From NCBI GenBank assembly GCA_951406725.2, contig OX597830.1:46004001-46068000 (forward strand): a stretch of DNA of 64,000 bases, given 5' to 3'. The notes below the pieces were generated by a model. The model was given only the letters and a program-made list of their open reading frames with translations. It was not told the origin of the DNA and searched no databases. Positions 53,612 through 64,000 of this stretch are shown piece after piece. This DNA is from Octopus vulgaris. Its lineage: Eukaryota. The first letter of the stretch is position 1. Every line of letters starts with the position of its first letter. Made by a program: the position numbers and the translations under genes.

Positions 53612-56600
53612 AAACAAGTCGATGAAGAAGCTAAAGAATTGCTGGAGAACTGCATAGCAAGATTGGAATCTGAAAAGATGGTCACAAGTGCCTTTGATGT
53701 CATTTGGTTACCGGGAGGAATAGATATTGGAGAATATCATGAACCTCACCAAGAATATATCAGTGAATTCTGTGAGACTTTTAAATCTGACATGATTAAT
53801 CTCATTCAGCAAGCATTGGACGATCAAAATAGAATAGCTGAAGACTATTATGAAATTTTACATCATTTACACTTTTGTGTTCAAAAATGTGCGCTTTTTT
53901 GCGGCCAACAAGACACACTCGAGAAAATACAACAAATTACAAAAGAAAACAATTTAAGGAAACCAATTGTTATCCACGCTCCCTCGGGAGTTGGTAAAAC
54001 GTCTTTGCTAGCTATGATTATGAAGCAGCTATCTTCTTGGTTTTCTGATAATTATTTGGCTGTCATACGATTCTTAGGAACCACTCAAGAAACATGCAAT
54101 ATCTACAACGTGCTCCTTAGTGTAATGAAACAATTATCTTCTATGACTGGAATGATTTTAGAGCCGATGGGTTACGTGGACATGAACCGCCTTGAAAAAT
54201 ACTTCCCGAGATTTCTTCGTCAATTTGGTCAAAGTATCAAAAAGCCAGTCTTTATTTTACTCGATTCCTTAGATCAATTGTCTGAAGATGACGATGCTTT
54301 CTCCATGGCCTGGCTTCCAGATTTTCTGCCGACCAACGTTCACGTCATCGTATCAACCTTACCCCAGGCTAAGATAATGAAAAACCTTGCGAATCGATTG
54401 CAGCGAGATGATTGTTTTATTGAAGTTCCTTTAATGTCAGAAACAATCGGAGAAGAAGTCCTGAGAAAATTCTTCAATAAGAAAAAGCGAACAATCACAG
54501 ATTCTCAGAAAGAACAACTATTAGCAAAGTTTTCAAAAGTGTCAAGTCCGCTTTATCTAAAACTTCTTCTACATGAAGCAAGTCAATGGCTGTCGTATGA
54601 AGATATTGATTTTGAACAATTACCAGATTCTGTTAACTCAGCCATAGAACAGCATTTTGAAAATTTGGAACGTAAATTTGGAAAAACCTTGGTACAGTTT
54701 GCACTTGGTTATTTAACAATTAGTTTAAACGGCCTCACAGAACTTGAGCTCATTGATGCGTTGTCGTGCAATAACGAAGTTTTAAATGCTATATTTGAAA
54801 TGAATGATCCTCCCTCGAGAAAAATCATTAATTTACCTCCTTTTCTTTGGGCTCGTATTTATCATGATATCAGAGATTACTTAACGGGCCGGTTTTCACA
54901 TGGGAAATCTACATTCTACTGGTATCATCGGCAATTTATTGAAGCAGCATCGAGAAGGTACACACAAAACGAAGAAAACCTCCACGCAGACCTTGCAGAG
55001 ATATTTGCATGTGAGTCAAATATAAAGAAAGACTTGATACTTCAGCAACGAAATTGGGTTATATATGATGCTGACCGCAATATAACTCCGCAAATACTTA
55101 ATTTTGAGAACAAGAGAAAACTCGAATGCATTACTTATCACATTTGCCGTGCTGGAGATTTTATCAATACGAAAGACGTTAAAGAAAACGCCTTCTGCAA
55201 CATCCATTTTCTTTTTACTAAGATAACTGTTTTCTCGCAGGACCACATCATACGAGAAATAAAGGATTTCCTTACTAAGAGACCTGATAGGGACATTCAA
55301 GTTATTCTTGAACTTTTACAAGATATAAACGAAGAAATTCAATCGCTGGAGCAATTAGCTTTCTTAATTTTAGCTAATTTAGCCAAAACAAACAATGGTT
55401 CAAGTTTGACAAGTCTCATAGAAAAATCCGAACAAATTTTGTATTCATCAAATAGAAAAATGTTGATACCAACTTGTAATTGCTTAAAAAATCGTAATAG
55501 CGATTCTATCACAGACTCAAAATTAGTTTTTACATTCCCAAACTACTCTAGTATAATTGAAAATAGAGATGGAATAATTCTTCTGGAAAAAAGAGCGTCA
55601 GAAATGTCACCGTTTGCTGTCATACTGACAAATGGATGCATAGAACTGACTCGTCTTAACCATGGACAAATTCAGTCATTTATTCCAACCACTGATGGAG
55701 ACAGAGTATATCTATTAGCAACAGAAAGGATAGGATCTTTAAACAGTAGTACATTGAAAATTCGATGGCAGAATGATGATATATTGAAAAATTACGGCAC
55801 GCCTTACCTCTGTTCTTGGACAAAAGATGGATCTTATTTAGTTATAGCCTTTGATTCGAATCAAATAGCTTTATTTTATGTGCGAGAAAACAAGTTACGT
55901 ATGAGCACTGCTTTTCCCGTTAAAGAAGGCCTTGTGTTCAATAACTTGTGTTTATTTTACAATGCGGAAGCTCTGAGTGTGTTTGCCTCATCAACAAATG
56001 GAGAACTGGTTGAATATTCCAAGCTTGACAATCATAATCCTTCAACTAAGAAAAAGCAACTCTCTTCGACAATTTCCAGTTTACAGATGACTAATAATGA
56101 TGAGTTAATAGTACTGAAACTCAGCGGCGACCAAACGCTTCTGTGCTCCCTTCTAACAGAAACGTTTCAGGAGACGGGAAAATACAAATTCGACGGCGAA
56201 TCCACAGACTTTGAATTGTGCTCTTCATCAGCTCTCCTGGCAGTTCTCAAAGACAAAAATAAAATTTGCATATTGGACGCTTTTAATTACTTAGAAAGTC
56301 AGACTATTAAAGTTCCATGTCCCACAATTACTTGCTTTGCTGTGAAATGGTCCAAGCATCAAGTATTGGCATCTTACATGGACACTTTGATTATATTTGA
56401 TTACAGCAACGAAACTATTCTCTTCCAATTAGAAAGCCATTCCGACCCGATAAAATGTTTAGCATTGTCAGACAACTTTGCGGTCACAATAGATACAAAC
56501 TTCATCCTTAAGCTGTGGGATTTCAGCAAAGTAAATAGTTCCGATAAAACTCCATGTGCAAATCGCCGTCTCACTGAAGAACAGGATGTTATTAGTTTTG

Positions 56601-57493
56601 CAATAAACCAGAAAGCAGCAACGATAGTAACTGGTTCGCAACATAATCAGATAAACGAGTGGAACTCAAATGGGTTTCTTTTAAAGAGCTTCAAAATTAA
56701 TCTACGACCGCAAGAAATGCACTTGATTAACGACAAATATCTCCTTGCATACGAGAAATCCAAAGGCAAGTTGGAAATATACGACTTTGAGACAACAGAA
56801 ATTCACCTTCCATTCAAAGACATGTATATCTTGGCAATAACTACATATCAGTCATTTGAAGAGATATTACTATACACTGTCAACGATCACAAAAACTATC
56901 TTACCGTCGCAATCAGCGATATCGGTAAGAAAAAATTTATGATGGAAATCCCTTGCTTAAAAGATTTTGAATTTACCAGTCTTGAAGTATCGCTTACACC
57001 TCTCTGTTCGTACATTCTTTTTAAGTTTGGTATTACTGATTCCGATTATAAGGACATAGAACAAAAATGGAAAACAAAAGGTGGCTTTTCTCCTCAACCA
57101 TACCCGTACAGATTTGCTGCACTAAAGCTTGACAGCGGAAATGGTATCCTAAAACAATGCTTTCGACAGTTAACAGACATCCCTACATTGGGCCGCACAG
57201 CATCACCTCTCCAAGGTAACCAAATCATGATAGTTTCTGGTCGAGCTGTTTTAATTTGGGATATTTTTACAGGAAAATGCGACGAAGCAATAGCAAAGAG
57301 TGTTTACAGAAAGAGCAAGTTTCGCCGATACTTGGACTCCGAGGATGAAAATTGTGAAGGTTTATGTTTCGAAAGTTCAGTCAATTCTAAATATGTTACC
57401 ATTGGATATGCAGATGGTTTCGTGATAATATACCGCACTAGCAATGGAAGACCAATGATAGAAACTCTACCAGAAACTAAACATGAAGCATCT
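53612..57493 (+). CDS. NWD-like giant exon (NACHT ATPase, helical region, WD40 repeats)
   Basis: 3882-nt open exon (1294 codons), acag| to TCT|gtaagt; Walker A/B, RFLGTT, SPLYLKL, WYHRQF, WD repeat SHSDPIKCLALS...LKLWDF. Confidence 0.96.
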
Positions 57494-57984
57494 GTAAGTT
57501 ACGTCGAAGTTTTTAAATATGAATTTTCTTTTTCATACCATGAGTTACCATTCATTCCCAATTTTTGTGACAAAAGAAAAGTGATGTAAAGTTATTGAGA
57601 TAACAGAATGTTACTGATTTGTTCTGTGTCCGCATGCTTCCACACATATTCGCATCCACATATGTTTTGGTGGTTAATGCACTCTGGGGAAACGTAAAAG
57701 TATATTTAATATTGCAAGATAGGAAATAATAGTTAATCATTTTATTTACTTGTTTCAGTCATTAGACTGCGGCCATGCTGGGGTACCGTCTTGCAGAATA
57801 TTAGTCGAATGAATTGACTCCAGTACATATTTTGTCAGTGAATTGAGATTGTGCTCCGTTCGTGGCTAAGAGTTCTTTGTCTCTTATTACTGGCAATGTC
57901 AGTGCAGACTTGCGACCCCCAGCCACTTTTAGAGGCAATTAAATTTTGCCTTTTGGTCTTAATTTGCGTCTATCTACCTTAATG

Positions 57985-58052
<68 letters not shown>

Positions 58053-58120
58053 GGAGTAAACACATAAATGTGAAACAAGGTGGAAAAAGAGTACTCAAAT
58101 ACCAGTGGTAGATTAATATG

Positions 58121-58378
58121 CTTTATTTAAAGCAGCAGAAAATTCAACAAAATCTGTTACTCTGAGTTTCTCGTTGCCGTTCATCAGACAATTTTGCTAG
58201 AAAGAGCGATATATCAATTCAATCTAGACTCTTACAAACGCTACACCTTTTTTTTTTTTTTTTAAAGGTGTAGCGTTTGTAAGAGTCTAGATTGAATTGA
58301 TATATCGGTTCCATTCTAGCAAAATTGTCTGATGAACGCTTAACAGATTTTGTTGAACTTTCTGCTGCTTTAAATAAA

Positions 58379-58379
<1 letters not shown>
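58121..58379. repeat. Long fold-back (~120-130-bp arms)
   Basis: ctttatttaaagcagcagaa...gctacacc / ggtgtagc...tctgctgctttaaataaag. Confidence 0.95.
58155..58190 (-). ncRNA. Minimal type-I hammerhead ribozyme
   Basis: Reverse complement tgt-CTGATGA-acggcaacga-GAAA-ctcagag-TA-aca. Confidence 0.65.
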
Positions 58380-58443
<64 letters not shown>

Positions 58444-58444
58444 T

Positions 58445-58605
58445 GACGGGACTCTTTCAGTTTCCGTCAACCAAATCCACTCACAAGGCTTTGGTTGACC
58501 CGAGGCTATTATAGCAGACACTAGCCCAACGTATCACGCAGTGGGACTGAACCCGGAACCATGTGGCAGGAAAGCAAATTTCTTACCACAGAGCCACGCC
58601 TGCAG
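58445..58605 (-). mobile_element. SINE 5' fragment, inverted relative to the adjacent full copy
   Basis: Reverse complement of 58757-58920. Confidence 0.8.
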
Positions 58606-58754
58606 CCAATTAGTAACATTATTTTAATTATTATTTTAAAGTTTAAGGCAGGTAGGGGGAAATAACTCTGTGCATGATTTATCTTAATTGCTCAAAAGAT
58701 CTTCGGTGGAAAATGAACTGTATTCTTGCAATTTAGATTCACTAAAGTCTGTTA

Positions 58755-59171
58755 ATAGGCGCAGGAATGGCTGTGTGGCCAGTAGTTTGCTTACCAACCA
58801 CATGGTTCCTGTTTCAGTCCCACTGCGTGGCACCTTGGGTAAGTGTCTTCTACTATAGCCTCGGGCCGACCAAAGCTTTGTGAGTGGATCTATTAGACGG
58901 AAACTGAAAGAAGCCCGTCGTATATATGTATATGTATACATATATATGTTTGTGTCTGTGTGACTATGATTGCCCCCCCCCACCCGCAACATTGCTTGAC
59001 AACCGATGCTGGTCTGTTTACGTCCCCCGTAAATTAGAGGTTCGGCAAATGTGACCGATAGTATAAGTACTAGGCTTACAAAGAAGGAGTCCTGGGGTCG
59101 ATTTGCTCGACTAAAGGCGGTGCTCCAGTATGGCCGCAGTCAAATGACTGAAACAAGTAAAAGAGTAAGAA
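58755..59171 (+). mobile_element. Full-length tRNA-derived SINE with 12-bp TSD and LINE-like tail
   Basis: TSD taaagtctgtta (58743-58754 / 59172-59183); tail ggcggtgctccagtatggccgcagtcaaatgactgaaac. Confidence 0.88.
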
Positions 59172-59749
59172 TAAAGTCTGTTATGACAGAATTGAAATAC
59201 CCTTTTGATACAGCTCACAAAACAGACGTTATACAATATCCGTCCATCAACCGCCACAGCTGTTCATTTGCGAAAGGTAAATGAGTAATTTCTTCTTTTT
59301 AGGAAATAGTTCCATCAACATTCTAAACATCGATCATTTTCATATGAACCCTCGCCTAAAATTAGTTCTAAAATGAGTCGACTTTGAGGCTAATCTAAGA
59401 AAACAATTTGAGATTCCTTCTTTCAGAAATCACATTTCGAACATAAAAAGATATTAAGTTTCTCTAAGTCATTAAGTTTCTCATCGCCAAAAAGATTTTT
59501 TGTGACTCTGTTTATTGTTGGAACTACCAAATATGAGAAACAACTATTTTAGATATCGCCATAAATTTCTATAAAGTATCAATTATTTTGTATTCTACTG
59601 TTTTAGTAAGAATTTTTATGAACAGAAATATCCTGAGAGAATTTAGATCTTAAGAAAACTAAAGGGTGCCATTCAATGCCTTTATAATCCAAACTAATCG
59701 AAGACCTAAAATAAGGAATGTTTACGATAACAGTTATGCTTTTTTTTGT

Positions 59750-60230
59750 ATCCTTTGTCTCACTGAGAGTTATGCCACTAACCTAAGACGCTGATTCTCC
59801 ACCATTTCTTGTCTTGAACCATGCTGTCTCATTTATCTCTGATATATTCTGCGTCTTTCGTATCTCCCTTTAGGCCAATACGCGAGACAATTCTTGACCG
59901 AACTTGTTCTGGTTTTCTTCGAGATTCCATGTCTTCTCGGAATCAATACTAGTTTACCTGGTCTGTTCCCAATACATCCCCGTTTCCCACCTTTTCTTTT
60001 CTCATTAGACAAGTGTAATTAGCAGAGTTTAAGCCAGAGATTCGTGTTTTGCTCTTGTCTGAACTGCTGATGCGGAGGATTGTTCTTAAGCAGTTGTTTA
60101 CGAAGATCTGTGGTCTTGATAAGTGTTCCAGGTTTATGCTGAAAAAGTTTGAATTAAACAATCTAAGAGGCAGGGTGTGTGTAAAGAGACCTTATTTTAT
60201 GCCGGATGTTGATAGACTAACAAAAGTCAC
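59750..60230 (-). mobile_element. Degenerate RTE-like LINE fragment
   Basis: QIFVNNCLRTILRI-type motif. Confidence 0.55.
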
Positions 60231-60527
60231 CAATCCAAATACAAGAATAATAATTTTTCGAGTGACATATTTGTTCTTCAACATGGCGGTCTTTTACTCG
60301 CTTAGCGGAGAAACGTAATACATCCCATTGTTGAAAATACGTTTTGTTATTTGAAATATTCTTGCAATTTCCTTCTGATAAACGGCAGAAAATTTTTGAA
60401 TTCTTTTAGAAAGGTGTATAGAACAGGTTTGTTGATGAAGGAGGGATAAAAACTTGATTTTACAACTCGCTCTAATGATATTTTTAATCATATTAAAAAT
60501 GTAAAATATATACGCTTTATCTTTCAG

Positions 60528-60758
60528 GTGAATCAAGTCACAATTTCACCCAATAATAAATGGGTGGCGTCTGCGTGTGCTAATGGCGTCATTAAATTAT
60601 GGAAAACGAAAGACAATTCGGAATTTTTTTCCATGCAACTCAGGAGTTCGAGTTGCAGAATGCAATTTTCTTTGGATTTTAAACATTTTGTTGTTCTTAC
60701 AACCGCAAACGATATCTGTATCTTCAACGTTCATACTGAAACTGAAATCAAGAATTAA
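60528..60758 (+). CDS. NWD-like last coding exon (WD40)
   Basis: ttcag|VNQVTISPNNKWVASACANGVIKLWK...EIKN*; completes HEASVNQV.ISP WD repeat. Confidence 0.92.
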   Translation: MNQVTISPNNKWVASACANGVIKLWKTKDNSEFFSMQLRSSSCRMQFSLDFKHFVVLTTANDICIFNVHTETEIKN

Positions 60759-60834
60759 ATTTCTTGAAAATATTTTTAAAAAATGGCTTTCTCGGTAAGT
60801 TATCAAAGGAGAATCTAAGAACACTAAATGTGTA

Positions 60835-60868
<34 letters not shown>

Positions 60869-60899
60869 TGTGTGTGTATGTGTGTACGTATGCATATAT

Positions 60900-61390
60900 G
60901 TATGATATCTTGAGAATTGAGGCGATGGTGCACAAGCACCGGTTATATTGGACTGGACTTCTTATTAGAATGAAGGATAGCATGATCCCTAAGCAGATGC
61001 TATATGGGGAACTTGTGAATGGAAAGAGACCCCGGCAGAAACCAAGGCTGCGATTTAAGGACTGTGTAAAGTCCTCATTAAATGCCTGTGGTATGCAGGA
61101 GGCTGTCTGGGAGAGCAATGTATGTCATCGCTGCAGATGGAGGAAGCAGATGAAGGAGGGGATCGACACCTTTGAGAGAGCAAGTATTCTGCATGAAGAA
61201 CTTAAGCGTGCTAATCGAAAGCGCACTGCTGGTGTAGTGAATGAGGAAAGATTGGTTTGCAATGTTTGTAGTAGTATTTGCTTATCAAGAGCAGGGCCCA
61301 TTAGCCACCAACGGAGCTGCAAATGCAAAATATAAGTTAGTCCTAGAGCGCATGATGTTCCTGAAGGTCAGCCATAGTCCTCCTCAGTCA
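60900..61390 (+). mobile_element. RTE-clade LINE 3' end
   Basis: RL.WTG.L.RM.D..IPKQMLYGEL..GKRPRQKPRLRFKD and terminal C-x2-C...H-x3-C motif. Confidence 0.88.
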
Positions 61391-61618
61391 CCAGTGGACA
61401 GTAATCATGTATGTATGTATGTATGTATGTATGTGTGTATGTATGTATTTATGTAAGCATGCATTTATGTATATATGTGTATGCATGTGTATATGTATAT
61501 ATATATGTCATTATTCAGTTTATTTCAAGATTTCTTGCCAATAGAGAAAGAACCGGTTTCTAACCTGAATCCAAAGCCGCTTCATTGGAATTTCAACATC
61601 AGCAACACGGTATTCTTC

Positions 61619-62070
<452 letters not shown>

Positions 62071-62357
62071 TGTTGGAAAACAGTATGTGATTCACTTGAT
62101 AGTTACAGGTTTCACATATAAGATATGTTTTCTAGTAATCCTTCAAGAGATTGTACAGATATGTGCGAAAGATGTTATATTGGTAAAGGTCCGTGTGAAA
62201 TCTGTTCTAAATGGCTAAGACCGGTCGCATAGATCGATTTTTTTCTACTTCTTCAGATTGTAGGGATACTATTATTGTGATACTGTGATCTAAGGGCAAA
62301 TAACTCAGTCTAAGCTTATCATCGTCGAAGAAAATTCCTCAGCAAGGCTGCCTAGAG

Positions 62358-62423
62358 GTGGCTGGAGCTGGTTGGAGCTGGCTGGAGCTGGTTGGAACTG
62401 GTTGGAGCTGGCTGGAACTGGCT
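62358..62423. repeat. 10-bp minisatellite (g[c/t]tgga[g/a]ctg)n
   Basis: About 6 tandem units. Confidence 0.9.
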
Positions 62424-62989
62424 AAAGGTGACTTTTATGAATTGTGTTCTTCGAGAAGCGGAAAACTTTCAAAATGTTTCAAGAACCTTTGCCTGTGGTT
62501 GCTATCGTACAATCGTCCCGATCTTTAAAAAAGTGAAACTGGTCAAGTTAATAAATATCTTTAAAAGACCTCTGCATTTTCAGATCCTCTTCCCTATATA
62601 TTTTCACTCGTGCGGTACCTTCCGATTTTACTTTGTTTTACACACACACACACACACACACGTGGTCTGATCAATAAGTATCCGGACTGTTGCTGTAGCA
62701 ACGAAGCTAAAGCATGCGGAGTGAAGCTGCCTGGCACAGATTGACCTTGAACTCTGCTGTGCATGCACACTAATTTTTAAAATTCTAGCTCACTTCCTCT
62801 ATTTACAGCAGTGCTTGAAAGGAAGGTGTGTAGCGTGTGATCGTCGCATTGATCATGACAGAAAAAGTTGAGCAAAAAGCTCTTTACTAGGAATAACCTA
62901 AAAATTAGTTTTAGTTTCACCCCAAACTTTAAAAGCATAATTACACACAATGCAATGCAACACAACACAAAGCCAGCTGTTCCTTAGAA

Positions 62990-63787
62990 TTAATTATTGT
63001 GAATATCAGTGCCCCAAAATAATGAATCACTACCGAAAAAGAGAACTGAAGCAATCATTGCTGAATTTCCAGTTTGATTTATCTAATAATGCTAAGCAGA
63101 AGAGAATTGCTAACGAAGTTTCGCAGCTCAAGGGAGGCCTTGCAAAGTCTTTGACACCCTCATTGGATGATCTAGGACAGGCTGACTGCCAATCAGTGCA
63201 GCCAGTTCTAGCAAAGTTTGATCTAAAAATTTATGGAAATCAAACACGTGATTTCTCGTCAAGCTGTATACTAGTCGTCCATGGTTAGAGCATTCTCTTT
63301 CAAAGAAACCATTCTTTTGTTTTGCTTGTCGGCACTTTAATACTTTTGCTCAAGCTGATACTTGTTTTACTAAAAATGGATATTCTAATTGGCATCTTGC
63401 AAAAGAAAAAAAAAAGAAAAAGTTTAAATAAGCACGCAAACTCTGCATCCCGCCAACAATATCCACAATATCTGTCTTCAATGTTGCAAAATGATCAGTT
63501 GAGCAAAATCCGTTATTATATCAGTTCCATTGTTGATATTGTTTATTTTCTTTGTTCAAGCAAATTACCTTTTCGAGGAAACGAAAATGAAGCTTTTCAG
63601 AAGATGACATGCAGCCATGCGGTCTTTTTATGAAATTATTCCAGTACACGTTAGAGAAAGACTTTGTAAAAAAAATGCGACCTACACCTCAGCAGCAATG
63701 CAAAACGAAATCATCGAATTGTTGAGAAGACACACTGTCAGCCTCGTGGTCGATGAAATAAAATGTTCCAATGTTCCTTCCTTTGCG
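62990..63787 (+). mobile_element. Decayed hAT-type transposase remnant (DUF4371/ZMYM1-like)
   Basis: IVDIVYFLCSSKLPFRG and KNATYTSAAMQNEIIELL in different frames. Confidence 0.75.
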
Positions 63788-63799
63788 TATATATATATA

Positions 63800-64000
63800 C
63801 AGGGGTTGGACAAAATAATGGAAACACCTTAAAATTTCAAACAAATTTATTTTAATATGCGGTATCTGTTGATTCTTTAATTTATTTTTTAACATTAACT
63901 TATTAAATCCTCTAAGATTTAGTTGTAACTCTTATTCCTAAATAATTTAACATTCAGCAGGTTTCTCCATTCACGACTACCTACACACCCATACCCCCAG
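63800..64000 (+). mobile_element. Left end of a Tc1-like element inserted at TA
   Basis: ta|caggggttggacaaaataatggaaacacc TIR-like start; other end not visible. Confidence 0.5.

Noticed and set aside
53639-57589. 1316-aa ORF as a stand-alone intronless gene
   Set aside because: It starts at TTG inside a spliced exon (acceptor before 53612) and runs past the donor at 57493; the last ~31 codons are intronic.

Overview
Eukaryotic, AT-rich, microsatellite-dense animal genomic DNA. The SINE and microsatellite landscape suggests an octopod cephalopod, but that is an inference. Most ORFs in the supplied track are microsatellite or transposon artefacts. Two divergently oriented spliced genes can be rebuilt by hand from GT-AG boundaries with consistent phases. 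(1) A minus-strand ADAMTS-like secreted zinc metalloprotease has 16 coding exons from ATG 24559 to 498 (570 codons seen) and continues off the left edge. It has a signal peptide, M12B pro-domain, HELAHNLGIPHD catalytic motif, disintegrin-like region and a TSP1 repeat. (2) A plus-strand NWD1/NWD2-like gene (DUF4062-NACHT-WD40) is about 1681 aa from ATG 43544 to stop 60758, with one 3882-nt exon and possible extra upstream micro-exons. Introns and the intergenic region hold tRNA-derived SINEs, CR1/L2-group, RTE and R4-like LINE fragments, a DD41D Tc1/mariner, non-autonomous Helitrons, a hAT remnant and Penelope-like element (PLE) relics. The most notable unexplained structure is about 13 minimal type-I hammerhead-ribozyme (HHR) motifs, several inside fold-back repeats, including a four-copy family with a non-canonical core. 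Also notable are a SINE flanked by a ~125-bp target-site duplication, a SINE/LINE shared tail with a compensatory base pair, and a hairpin covering a 3' splice site of the protease gene.
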